Below are positions 23,935 through 35,879 of a DNA stretch of 64,000 nt, one piece after another. The position numbers and the translations under genes were made by a program. The stretch is taken from the NCBI RefSeq assembly GCF_035594765.1, contig NC_085841.1:342683402-342747401 (forward strand), written 5' to 3'. Origin of the DNA: Anolis carolinensis. Taxonomy: Eukaryota. Numbering within the stretch: the first letter of the stretch is position 1; each line of letters opens with the position of its first letter. The notes beneath the pieces were generated by a model. That model saw only the letters and a program-made list of their open reading frames with translations, had not been told where the DNA came from and did not search any database.

Positions 23935-24990
23935 CTTTATTTTTATAACTTGCTTCCATCTCCCTGAAGGGACTCGAGGCAGCTTACATGGGGACAGGCT
24001 CGTAGCCAGGATTTTGATTCGGAGGGGGCTGGGATTTTTATTTGGCGGGGGGGGGGGGGAAGCTGAGTCTGAGTGAGAGAGGATCTACCCTAGCAAACCT
24101 TTTGTATCGTTATCCCAATACCCCCATGCATACGAGAGCATGGTGATCAGATCATGATATGAATAAACATAACAGTTTAAATAATAAATGTAAGGCCTTC
24201 TTGCAGAACACCCTGAGAATTTTGGGGTGGGGGGCTGAAGCCCCTCAAGCTCCTTCCCCCCCCCCCCCCCCCGGCTACATGCCTGCATGGGGACCAAGTC
24301 CAAAAAACAAGATATAAAACAAGATATAAAATAAAACGCGTAACAATATAATTAAGCAATTAAACAGAAGAAAGGAGTCATAAAATCTATCAATAAGCAT
24401 CAAAAGATCAAAAGTGGGATAGTAAATTGCAAGGGAATGGCAGGGCTTGTGCAAAATGCAGTAGGACCAGGAACTGGAATAAAGTGCAGGACGTCAGGAC
24501 AGTAAACAATTCGGACTGGGCAGAAATAAATTATGAACTGACCTATTGTTCAAAGGTACGTTGAAACATCCATGTCTTCAAGTCTTTGCGGAATGTGGAC
24601 AGGGTGGGGGCTAGTTTAATTTCCCTGGGGAGAAGAGTTCCAGAGTCAGGGGACCACCAGCGAGCAGGCCCTCTCCCTCGTCCCCACCAACCGTGCTTGA
24701 GATGGAGGCAGGAGCGAGAGAAGGGCCTCCCCGGAAGATCTAAGAGCCCGTGCCGGTTCGTAGGGAGAGACACGGTCATGAAGATAAGCAGGACCTGAAC
24801 CATTAAGGGCTTTGTAGGTCATAACATGCACTTTGAATTGGGATCGGAAAATTATCCGCAGCCAGCAGAGCTGCTTCAGCAGAGGCATTGTACGCTCCCT
24901 GTAACTAGCTCCTGTTAGCAACCTGGCTGCCAACCTTTGCACCAGTTGCAGTTTCTGGGCCGTCTTCAAAGGCAGCCCAACGTAGAGTAT
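23935..24990 (-). mobile_element. L2 LINE 3' end, interrupted by a hAT MITE
   Basis: LYVGLPLKTAQKLQLVQRLAARLLTG...YKALNGSGPAYL...RALRSSGEALL; L2 tail near 23935-23994. Confidence 0.88.
23995..24285. mobile_element. hAT MITE nested in the L2 tail
   Basis: TIRs caggctcgtagcc and ggctacatgcctg; perfect 8-bp TSD CATGGGGA at 23987-23994 and 24286-24293. Confidence 0.88.
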
Positions 24991-25098
24991 CTGTGTTTCT
25001 CTCTCTGGAGTCAGCTCTCCATTGCTCCTGGCACACAGGGCTTCTTCCCATTTCCCCATCCTCTCTCTCCAGAAAAAGAAAAAGATGGAGTGCCTGGA

Positions 25099-25157
<59 letters not shown>
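25099..25157. repeat. (CT)n microsatellite inside an inverted repeat spanning 25024-25223
   Basis: Direct reading; arms gctcctggcacacagggcttctt / aagaaaccctgtgtgccatgagc. Confidence 0.9.
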
Positions 25158-25165
<8 letters not shown>

Positions 25166-26036
25166 TCTGGAGACGCAGCAAGAAGGGAATGGGAGACAGA
25201 AGAAACCCTGTGTGCCATGAGCCATGAACAGCTGCTGTCACTCCTGACTTATAGGGCTTCCTCTCATCTCTCCATTCCATTTCTCCAGAATGAGAGAGGG
25301 GAGTCAGATACAGATCTAGAGTCCAGGACCTCTAGCTGGTTTCCTCTTCTCTTTCTCTTTCTTGAAACTCCATGTGCTGGGAAGATGGAGTTGAAGGTAA
25401 CAGCAGTGCTGTACTTGCTGCTTCATCCCTTTGTGAGCCATATGAACTCCTTGCGAGGGCCGCATGTGGACCTTGAGCCACATGTTGTGTAGAACTGCTC
25501 TATGGTATACTGGGAACAGAAGTAAGATCATTTGATGGTGTTTTGATCATATTTGTGGTTTGAGATTCCACATGCCTGGCTAGGTTGTTTTCAGTCTACT
25601 ACCAAATAATTATTTTCTGTCAAGCAATTTCAAACACTTCCCATCACCTTTATTGTATGTATGAGCATTAAAGCATGTAATACCTATCATATCATCACAA
25701 AATTGACAACAACAATATTTTATTTGTTACATGCTTCTCCTTTTCGGCTCGATGCAGGGCACAACATAGTTAAATATTATATCTATGAAATCACATATTA
25801 AAACATAGTTAAAATGCAAATGTAAAAGCAATCATAAAAGTATAATATGTGTATTTTAAAAGCTTATACATATTAAAATATATGGGTTACAAGTTAAAAC
25901 ACAATAAATGTATTATACGCTTATGTCTGGATAGCTATATTGTAGTACTATATATTGTGGTATATATTGTAGGCACTCCAAAAGGTCACCACTTCTGCGC
26001 AGAGAATAATTGGTTGTCCTCTCCCATCTTTGGAAG

Positions 26037-26041
<5 letters not shown>

Positions 26042-26084
<43 letters not shown>
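26042..26084. repeat. (TG)n microsatellite
   Basis: Direct reading. Confidence 0.95.
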
Positions 26085-26086
<2 letters not shown>

Positions 26087-26580
26087 CAGACGGTCCAGGG
26101 TGACAAAGGCAAGGACAAACAGACTAAGAGGCATCTTTTATCCTGGACCTGTAACTATATTGAATTCCATGGCTTTGCACTGATGTGGCATTAGGGGCTG
26201 TGCGGTGGGATGGGAGTGTGGAGGGATGGGTGTGTTGTTTTGTGATGTGTGATGAGGAAAGCATTTAATTTCATTGTTCAAAAAAGCTCAGAACATTCTT
26301 GGGGATCCATCTCACTCGGCATATTGGTTTTTTTAAAAAAATATTACCATATGGCAGATGGTACAGGGTCACAAAGTCAAGGACAAACAGACCGAAATAT
26401 AGTTTTTATCCTAGAGCTGTGACTATGTTGAATTCTGTGGTTTCGCATTGATGTGGCATTGGGGGCTGTGTGGTGGTGGTGGGGTGTAGACGAATGGATG
26501 TGTTGTTTTGTGGTGTGTGCCGAGAAAAGCATATAATTTCATTGTGCAATTGCATAATGACAAATAAAGCTATTCTATTC
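26083..26580 (+). mobile_element. Two adjacent Rex1/Babar LINE 3' fragments
   Basis: 26083-26280 and 26352-26550 align. The second reads AQNILGDPSH...LPYGRWYRVTKSRTNRPKYSFYPRAVTMLN and ends aataaagctattctattc. Confidence 0.7.
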
Positions 26581-27678
26581 ATTTTGTGTGCAAAATTGAG
26601 ATAGTTTCAACTTTTAAATTTCAGGATAAATGAAATTAACTGAAAACTGAAAACTGAAAAATGCAGAAATTGAGAGATCTATCAATTCCAAAGTATTAGT
26701 GTGTGAAAAATCATTGCAAGCTTTGCAAAATCTCTCATTTGCTTTGGGTGGGAAAAAATGTTTTGAATATTTGCAAATACTTGTGTGAAAGAAACAGTCA
26801 GTGAAGATTTACCTCCCTGAGAAGGGGGCGGGTTGGATTATACTTTTCCAAAGTGTTTATCTTAATACAGCATGTTAAGTATTGTGAGCTGCTTTACAAC
26901 CAAAGGGGGAGATTTATCTTTAATATTAAAGTATGCATTTCCATTAGCACTAACAATATTTCACCAAACGCATCTGAAACAAGATCATTGGCTCCTGTTC
27001 ATTCTTCACAATTTCTTGTTCAAGATGCTAGTCTTTGTATAGTACTTAGTAATATACCAAAGAAGCGGTTAGGCCCCATAAAGGAAGAGAAGTGGGCAAG
27101 AGTCTTCCACAGATGTTAGACTACAACTCCTAGCAGCTCTTGTTCATACAGCTGTATCAAGTAATGCTAGGAGTTGCAGTTCTACAATATCTGGAGGGCC
27201 ACACAATCCTTGTACCTGTGTTTATGATGACATAATAATTAAACTCCAAGATCCAAGGGCTGAATAATGTATGTATGTATGTATATATGTATGTGTATGT
27301 TTACATGTGTGTATGCAAATATGCTATTATGTGGAGCTTTTGCAGTCAATCAGTAGCTTAGATCCTATTGCTAGTCTTGACGAAATGGAGCCAATTAGGT
27401 TTGCCCACAGATTGACTAATCATTCAAGCATTCAACAATTGATTCAGTGTGCCTGCTTTAGTGGGGACTATCTAACCAGATCCAAATTGGTGTTTTGCCC
27501 ATCTACAAAGAGGGTTTTTTTTAAGCTGAGAGAGCTAAGATATTTTCAGCAGAAATATGGTGTAATGGAAACATACATAGAGATGGCTTATCTTGGAATG
27601 ATTGGCTGTTTGCTTTATACCAACCAACAAACAAACTTTATTACGGTCCATGACCAGCACAAAGTGTTAGCTTTATAT

Positions 27679-27882
27679 TCATTTTTCAGTTGGGTTCACA
27701 ACTTTCCCAAAGAATAGAATACTGTTTGTCATTTTATCACAAATGAGAAACAGGAAAGGTTTGTCACATTTGAAGACAGTTGGAGGAGGACTGGAAAAAG
27801 ACATGCGTACAAACTGTATCACGGTAACCGCTGCTGCCTCTGTTCCAGACTCGTGAACATCCACCACAGCCTTATGGATTGC
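27679..27882 (-). CDS. Serpin gene 2, final coding exon with RCL (P2-P1-P1' Arg-Met-Ser)
   Basis: AIHKAVVDVHESGTEAAAVTVIQFVRM|SFSSPPPTVFKCDKPF...GKVVNPTEK*; AATAAA at 27637-27642; total 428 aa. Confidence 0.93.
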   Translation of the reverse strand, partial: AIHKAVVDVHESGTEAAAVTVIQFVRMSFSSPPPTVFKCDKPFLFLICDKMTNSILFFGKVVNPTEK

Positions 27883-28145
27883 CTGGGAAGAAGGAACAGT
27901 AGAATTATTGTCTTCATACCATATGGAGAAAAGCAGAGGGACTTCTCATGAGGGACTTCTCATGATTACCCTGTGTCTTCTTGCCTTAATGTGAAGTTGT
28001 CTCACTTTAAGCAAAGTTGAGACACTCCAGAGTTTGCAGGAAATTCTGTAGTAGCAGCTATAGTCCAATCTTCTGTCCACACAAACAATGCGCCGTCACC
28101 CTTTCCCTGCACTGATCAATGCAGGGGGAAGGAATGACCCATAAA

Positions 28146-28580
28146 ATAATAGGATCATAGAGTTGGAAGAAACCCCCAGGGGCCATCCAGCCCAACCCTT
28201 TGCCTTGTATGAATATAGAATCAAAAGACCCCCAAAAGATGGCTATCCAGCTTTGCATAAAAGCTTCCAGAGAAGGTAACTCCACCACAATCCAAGGCAG
28301 CATATTCCACTGCTGAACACCTTTTACTGTCAGGAAGTTATTTCTGATATTTAGGTGGAATTCTTATTCCTGCAATTCGAATTCATTGCTCCATGCCCTA
28401 GTCTCCAGAGCAGTAGAAAAAAAGCCTGCCCCCCTTTTCAAATATTTTAAAATGGCTATCATGTCCCCTCTCAGCTTTCTTTTCTCCAAGCTAAACACAT
28501 CCAGCTCCCTAAGATAGGTTTGGTTTCCAAATCCTTGTTCATTTTGGTCACCCTTCTCTGGCCATGTTCTAGCTTGTCAA
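28146..28580 (-). mobile_element. CR1 LINE 3' fragment (last intron of gene 2)
   Basis: Reverse-complement CR1 tail atcatagagttggaag...ggccatccagcccaaccc, plus the ORF2 remnant DIDKLEHGQRRVTKM. Confidence 0.85.
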
Positions 28581-29029
28581 TGTCCCCACATCGCTGTTTC
28601 CCTTTTGGCCATGGAGCACCAAATGAACACTTGGCCATTGCTGATGTCAAAATGAGGTGTCCATACAACCAGCAAGAATGGGGAGAGGCAATATTGCTGA
28701 CCATATAGGCATCCCACTGAGACATTAGCAGATGTGAGAGGCAAGGACTGGCATTTGCATGGAGCTCTGTGCCTTGTAAGGAGCAGCGCAGTGATATGGA
28801 GCGACAGTCCAGCAGGGCCAATGCAGAGATAGGAAGAAACACTGGCAAGTGAAGATGAAATTAGGGAAGCTAAATAAGAAAGAATGAAATGTATGGACTT
28901 TGGGGGAGGAGCTGGACACTCATTGTCAGATTGGTACTTGCCTCTAATAGGTTACTTGCTTTCAGGGCTAAAAAGATTTTCAGGAAATGGTATGACAATA
29001 ATGGACAATAACTCCACCTCTGAACTTAC

Positions 29030-29177
29030 TTTAGAAACTTGCAGATTGCCTTCTTCAACAATTCCAGATAGATCAGCATTTCCATCAAAGACATGTGTCA
29101 CACCCAGTCTCTGGAACAAGGCTTTGACATCATAGGATTTAGACAGGGAAAATTTTGGAATGTACAAATCTAATTGT
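29030..29177 (-). CDS. Serpin gene 2, coding exon 3
   Basis: QLDLYIPKFSLSKSYDVK...ADLSGIVEEGNLQVSK; gtaagt donor; 148 bp. Confidence 0.93.
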
Positions 29178-29549
29178 CTGATGAAAAGAAAAACATGCAA
29201 TGTTATTTAGATCTCATCCTACAGTGTAAATGAAATTCTTAATTTCTGAGTTGTATAGGTCTCATGTGCTTCTTGCTTATCTAATATTTAACTAATTCAG
29301 CCTATGATACTGAGGATGACACCATAATAACAGCAGAAATACGGAGGGTAAGGGCTGGCAAAACATTCATGTGCTGGGACCTTTGTCCCATACCCTCAAT
29401 TTTTTAGGCGAGAGCTTTTAACACAATTAATTATGTGGAATTGGAGTCCATTAATAATGGAAACGCAGCACTTCCTAAACTGTCTTTAATGCTATAAGAA
29501 TCAATAACATAGCAACAGCATTTCAGAACAGCATACAGAAAAGGCTTAC

Positions 29550-29820
29550 TTGTATTCCAAGGCTTTTGCCCATTTGTACAGATGTCCTTTTACCAAACTA
29601 TCCTCCACTTGCTGCATTTTCCCTTCATCTGGAAGAATGAAGAATGCTGAAGCACCTCCTTTATATGGGATTTCCACCACTGAGCAAAACAGGTCATCAT
29701 CATGGAGATATTTGTAATGGCTGCTTTGGAACATCATGTTGACTTTCACTGTTGTGTCTGCATTTACAAAAAAATCTTCTTCTGTGATTGATTGAGTGTT
29801 GAAAGGGTGTTCCCAGAATC
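29550..29820 (-). CDS. Serpin gene 2, coding exon 2
   Basis: (G)FWEHPFNTQSITEEDFFV...VKVNMM...FFILPDEGKM...; AG acceptor and gtaagc donor; 271 bp. Confidence 0.92.
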
Positions 29821-29980
29821 CTTAGCATGCAAAGGAAAGACAAGGGTTGTTTTTTTTTTGGGTGTTCTATGAAATCCAGTATTCAGATAAATAGATGTGG
29901 CATACGAAATCATATAAGTGCAGTAAAAAATAAGACATATTATCCTTAAAAATGAGATCTTAAGGAAACAGACTCTAGAC

Positions 29981-30285
29981 ATCAGAATTTTTACTATATC
30001 TTAACCTTTAATTTAATTCTGATAGTAAGAACGAGAAAAATACACACATTTGGTTTCCAATGCCAGTCAAAAGAGGCCTGAATTTCTGAATCCAAATTTT
30101 GATTTGAGACCTTTCACACCAAATGGGATTATAAGTAAATGGAATTTAGAAATCCGTTTTTTAACTATAGCTTCAACTGTAATCTAATTCTGATAATAAG
30201 AATAGCAAAAATATATACATTTGGTTCGCAATGCCAGCCAAGAAAGGCCTGAAGATTTAATTTCTGGATCCAGATTCTGATTTGG
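29981..30285. repeat. Two-copy tandem duplication with ~170-bp period in a gene 2 intron
   Basis: taattctgatagtaagaa...catttggtttccaatgccagtcaa at ~30014 versus taattctgataataagaa...catttggttcgcaatgccagccaa at ~30185. Confidence 0.8.
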
Positions 30286-30430
30286 ACCCAAGTTTGGATC
30301 AGGAATCCATTCAAGTTGAATCGTGATCCAAACCATATCTTGTTATCAGCTCATTCTCTTAATATTTATCTTTTGCTGACTGAACATTATTATTGTTTTA
30401 TTTTTTCTTAGTTATCAATCTGCAGTGTAC

Positions 30431-31094
30431 CTTTAAAGAAGATGTAGTTAAGCAGAACCATTACAGTACTTGGATCCAGTTGATCAACTGCTTGGGGTAT
30501 TTTCCCGTGGGTTTTGTTCACTACATAATCATTTATCTGTTTTTTAGCAATGGTAGTGTTCCGGAAGTTGGAAGAGAAGCCTTCGGATTCATACAGGGTT
30601 TTGGCATCCTCTAAAAACTTAGGCAGAACTTTTAAGGATTCTTCTATGAACAAGGCGTTCCCTATGTTGATTTCTGCTTTGTTCTTTGGACGGTTAAGCA
30701 TATGGATGAGATGCTGGAAGCCTTCATGTAGCTCCTTCTCTTCCATCTCCGACAGGTTAAAAGCAAGTCCTTTGTGAATCTGAGACTGAGTCTCTGATTT
30801 AGCACCAAGGCTGAGCATCGCAAAGGCTGTGGAAATGCTCACTGGAGAGAAAAATACATTTTTTCCAGCCCCGTCAGAAGCAATTTGTCTGTACAATGTA
30901 AATGCAAAGTCAGCATTACTAGGGGCAATCTTATGGCACTTTGCTGTCTTATTGTCTTGTTCTTCGTCCAAATGCAGATGTTGATGTTCTGCTGGATTTT
31001 CATCTGTCTCCTGGTCATTGTGATGTCCTGGGAGGTGATGGCCGTGGACAACAAGGCCAATTGACAATAAGAAGAGGTAGATGATGTGCTTCAT
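30431..31094 (-). CDS. Serpin gene 2 (clade A), coding exon 1 of 4
   Basis: ATG at 31094 (MKHIIYLFLLSIGLVVHG signal peptide); IAPSNADFAF, NVFFSP, LLNYIFFKG; gtacac donor; 664 bp. Confidence 0.93.
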
Positions 31095-32323
31095 CGTTCT
31101 TTGAAATTGTTCTGTTACAATAGATAGATAAATAGAATCACATAGAAGACTTAAGCAAGTTATCAATGTTGACCTATATAAGTCTATATAGGACTAAGAA
31201 ATAATTGATTAATAGATTTATTTCAATGATACTTACTCCCAAGTAATTGAATTCTAGTCAGTGCACAACATCTGCATACGCTCATTGCTTTAGTTCAGGA
31301 GTTACACAACTCTTGTGTAATGAGATGTGTCCAAGAGTGGTGGAGTGTGGTTTAGACAATATCATCGTATGGTTTTAAATCCTACTATCAGCCCCAGTGA
31401 CCCTACAGTTATTTAATTGGATTTACCCATGTGTTGATTCACGATCCACCAATTTATTTAATCTCCCCATGAAGAATATCAGCACGTGTCCAAAATGAGG
31501 AAAGGATATAATCATTAACAACTGAGGGAAGCTGTCACAAATAAGTGCATTTTTGGGTGAACAGTTTTTTTCTCAGTAAACACTTGTGATGTTTTTAGCC
31601 AATGGTATTCTGTGGTTTGTGGAATAAATTATTTAAAACCCCACTGAAGAGAACAAGGGTTTATCTGGCTTATTCAGGGAGAGCTTTGCTAGGTCTTACT
31701 TTTTTTGGACTCTGAATGCTAGTGCTAGAAATACAACAATGGTTTGGATGTTGGCATTAGTGAAAAATTAACTTTTAACACCATACACTACTACTTCACT
31801 ATAGACATTCATTCAAACCTATGTTGTATTGAACAGAGACATTATGACATAGTTACATATTTAACTGAATATGATTTTAGGATAATTTTATTGGATTTTA
31901 TTTTTAATTGGTTTTAGGTATATGTGTTTATAATATTATGTTTTTAATTAGTATGGATGTAAATTCCATAGATACATGTATGTAAATTTTGTGAAAAAGT
32001 ATTTTTTTTCCTTTTTCTCTCTCTTGCCCCCTCTTCTGCAAGTGTTTGTATTGCACCATATTTTTGTGTATTTAGTAAAACCAGCTCTGTTGAAAACTGA
32101 AAACGGTTTCATTGATAGAAGCATAACTACATAAGATCGAATGTATTTGATGGATCCTTAATCTTTGCATCATTCTTTAGAAAAAAACCCATAATAACCT
32201 CCACATATGCAGCCTATTTTTTTCTTCCAACAACTGGAAGTTTTGCACAAATTGTATTTACTGCATACGTTGTACAATTTAAGGAAGGTACAGTAAAAAA
32301 AGTTATCATTTTTGCATCTAAAT

Positions 32324-32457
32324 CAGTCATGGGCATACCTCGGCCCTTCAGGTGTTTTGAACTTCAACTCCCACAATTCCCAACAGCCTACCAACTGTTA
32401 GGAATTGTGGAAGTTGAAGTTCAAAACACCTGGAGGGCCGAAGTTTGCCCATGCCTG
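32324..32457. mobile_element. Palindromic hAT MITE
   Basis: Near-perfect 134-bp palindrome; perfect 8-bp TSD ATCTAAAT. Confidence 0.88.
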
Positions 32458-33110
32458 ATCTAAATCTCTTGTTGTACGTTTGATGCTCATGGTGTAATCT
32501 CATGATGGCCAAATTCAAGAAGTTGTGAATCTATATCCCTAATCAGAGGTAGAATGTAGCCCAGTCATTTGAAAGCAGCCAACTAATTCAATTTCTGAAC
32601 TCTTGTCATTACTTCAAGAAAGAGCATTTTTCATACATAGAAATGCCCTGATATATTAACCATCTCAACTGGTCAGGCATGAACGAAGTACAATGTATGG
32701 GCTACCAAGTCCACTTTTGCCAAATCGAGATCTTTTTCTTAAAAATACCTTGAAATGTGCTTAACCTTTCTATGCCTTGTCAGCCTTGTTTGTTTTTTCT
32801 TGAGTCCCCCCTGCTGGATCTATTGACTATAACTCCATTATATATGATTATGTTATAGTCAATGAGATCTTCTAAAGTATTTTCAGTGATTATTGGATTT
32901 CATTGTCAAATGCTAAATACCTCATTTTACCAAGGCAAATAGTTACCAGTAAATAGTTTCACCTAGGGTTTGTTTTCATTAAGGATCTCTTTTATTCCTT
33001 TAGATCAGAAGTTTAATCTGCCCTCTGCCTTGATTTAACATCAGAAGTTTCATCTGTCCTCTGACTACATGAACTATGTTTGATATCAGACTTTGCTGTT
33101 TTCTTCTGTA

Positions 33111-33687
33111 CCATCCTTTGTACAACCTGTGAGTGACACTGAGTGCTCCACTGATGTGAGTGAACATTCCTATGCAAAAATAATCTTTGAGATTCTCCAT
33201 TCCAAATTTTGTGTGATGAATAAAAGAATGGCTAGAACCCCTATTGATGAATTATGCAGCTATGGTCAAATTTACATCTTTGTAGTTCCAGTTTTGGTCA
33301 TTGAGGATGTTGGAAACATTCACCAATGGCACAGCAGCCAAACCTCCTCCAAAGACCAACCTTAGCTGCCGCAATCCCTTCAAAAGTGAGTGGTCATTTT
33401 TTTTAGCTAATACAGAGCAGTAGCAAATAAATGAAATATCATCTACCCATCTTCCTATCTTTAGATACAGAACAATAATGTCATCCTCTAGGGTGTCCAG
33501 AGGAAGCCTATGGACTTATGGAGAATGCCAGTAATTGTGCATCCAGCTATAGAGACATAGCTGGATGTTTCTTTGCTTATCCTTCTCTTTCCAGCAGGTA
33601 ATTTGGCTTTTTGTGATGGCTAAAAGGAATGTCTACTCACATCAGTGGCGCACTCAATAACGCTCACAGGTTGTACAAAGGACGTGG
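33111..33687. repeat. ~60-bp inverted repeat pair (33111-33170 and 33626-33687), probable MITE termini
   Basis: tcctttgtacaacctgtgag...gagtgctccactgatgtgagt versus actcacatcagtggcgcactc...ctcacaggttgtacaaagga. Confidence 0.8.
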
Positions 33688-33779
33688 TTGTTCAACCCGT
33701 TGGATATGTTTATATGTTTTCCAATCCAGGAACCTGGTCAGTATATCTAGATAGCTCATAAAGAAAGCAATTATATTAT

Positions 33780-33962
33780 ACTTACAGAGTTTCAGCAAAT
33801 TCCTATGGCTCCCAAATAGGAAATACCAGTGTGTGCATTGTCACTTAGATGCCGACTTTAAAGAGTACCCCCTATGAATCATTATAATACTTCCTATTAA
33901 CCATTAAACAGAGCAAATATGGATTGCACAGGAGGGACAGAAAGTAAACCATGATGCAATGG
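33780..33962 (-). promoter_or_regulatory. Gene 2 promoter and non-coding exon 1
   Basis: GTAAGT donor at 33780-33785; HNF1-like site 33896-33908; FOXA-like site 33912-33920; C/EBP-like site 33953-33960. Aligns with the gene 3 and gene 4 promoters. Confidence 0.7.
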
Positions 33963-35372
33963 ATATGTTATCCATTGTGCTTATTTTGCATGTTTTGGTA
34001 AAAGCACAGTTTTATACCATTTGTCTCTTACGACAGTCTCTTTTGGGTCCCAGTTAAATATTTGACTCAATTTTTTTGTTCTTGGAGGAAGTCTTATTCA
34101 AACATTCATTGAGAGATTGCAAGGTTGGCATTATTATAGAAACAGGGCTCTCCCCCATAGTCATCGCATAGCAGGTATGTCTCAGAGGAATACGTGGATC
34201 AATTTATATCAACTTCTCTTAATCAGGGGATGACAGTGTTTTGGTGCACGAACGACTTCCATGGCTTGATCAGTCCCATGAAAGTTAAACTCTGCACGGT
34301 GGCTGGGTTAGCTTAATCCAGGAGAAATCTCAAATTCTGAGGCAGAACTCAGGTTGCCCTCTGAGCTAGAAGGTGTCCAGACACCTGGACTGGTGCTGAA
34401 ACAGAACCACCAGCAGCTGTCTTGAAAATAATCTCATGATCTTCAGTTTCAAGTGGCCTAGGGATGCAGGTTGGCTTTGCACTCCTATACCCTCCTCTCA
34501 TTATTACCAGGCAGGACACCTCAACTGTCTTTTCCAGGGTAGTCACTAGGCCTTTGCCAGGCTACAGTCTCACTAAGGAAGATGGGCAGGGGAGATGAGG
34601 GCTTTCTTTCAAGATGGCTCAGGGAGTCCCTATCAGGCCATCAAGTGGGCTTACCTCAACACACAGGACATTGGATGAAGTCCACTTCATTTATCTCTGT
34701 AGAACCACCCTAAGTAAGCAATCTAGGATTATAACATAAAATTCACACATATGATTTATGTAGAATAATTCCCATAAAACATTTCTGGATGTGTACATAT
34801 TGGGTAAAACGTAAACAGAAATAAGTATTCATTTTTTTCCTCTAGCAAGGTGAAAAATATGGGGAAATTATTAAGAGATGTATCTGCAACTGTAGGCCTT
34901 CATGCACAGGATGCCTGTCACTCTGCAGCGTCAAAGCTGTGTTTGTCCTAAAAAGAATGTCATATTTTGAATGCCTACTAGCTTATTCTAGTTATCCTTC
35001 CCAGCAGTTTTCCTAACTGCATCTCTTGGGATGAATGAGAATTGTACATCCACCTATTTTCGTTGCCCCATGAGGCTTTCATTTCAAAAGAACAATCACT
35101 TTATCAGATCTAACCGTGCACCAATGAAGTAATGAACCTCCTTCATGGAAAGAAATGTTTAATAAGTCATATGGTAGTGGACAAAATCAATTTATATGAT
35201 CATGATCATAACATTTTAAAATCATTCAAACAATGAGTGCTTTGAACTCATTTAAGGTCAAAACAGCTGGATTTAAATCTTATTGAGATTAAGTCCATTT
35301 TTTAATTTATGATATAGGATCATTATTTTAAAAAATGTGCCAACTGAAGATCTCTAGCTGATCAGGTGGTGA

Positions 35373-35570
35373 TCATTTTTCAAATGGATTTAGAATTTTC
35401 CCTGCAAAGAGGATGGTATGTGTTGCTTTATTAACAATTAGCAAGAGGAAAGGGTGGTTGCATATGATGTAAGTTTCAGGAGGACAACACCTTGCTGTAA
35501 TCTGTATAGCAGTGGCTGCCCCTGCCACAGTGCCACTCTCATGGATATCCACAACAGCCTTGTGAACAGC
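35373..35570 (-). CDS. Serpin gene 3, final coding exon with RCL (P1-P1'-P2' Arg-Cys-Cys)
   Basis: Translated by hand (absent from the ORF track): AVHKAVVDIHESGTVAGAATAIQITAR|CCPPETYIICNHPFLLLIVNKATHTILFAGKILNPFEK*; cag acceptor; total 427 aa. Confidence 0.92.
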   Translation of the reverse strand, partial: AVHKAVVDIHESGTVAGAATAIQITARCCPPETYIICNHPFLLLIVNKATHTILFAGKILNPFEK

Positions 35571-35811
35571 CTGTATGGAAATAAAAATATTTTATTGCTT
35601 ACATATGCAGAAGACACAGGGATGTCCTGATATTTGGCACTCTATCTCTAGTGCCAGGAATAAAATATCTCTATGTTCCATGGAATTATATGTATAAAAA
35701 AGGAATCTGTCTATAATGTGGGCTACAATAGCAACCCCTGATGAATATCACCAAAGATCAATGAAGTCCAATAATGATGTGTGTGTGTGCGCCTGCGAGT
35801 GTGTGTATGTG

Positions 35812-35878
<67 letters not shown>
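35812..35878. repeat. (TCTA)n microsatellite
   Basis: Direct reading. Confidence 0.95.

Positions 35879-35879
<1 letters not shown>

Noticed and set aside
24646-25492. ORFs with RERERE or SLSLSL runs
   Set aside because: Translations of the (CT)n microsatellite joined to L2 sequence.
29550-29820. Gene 2 as corticosteroid-binding globulin (MMFQSS..YLHD and QLDLYIPK resemble human CBG)
   Set aside because: It lacks the Gln and Arg pocket equivalents and has an intact inhibitory hinge with Met-Ser, so no symbol was assigned.
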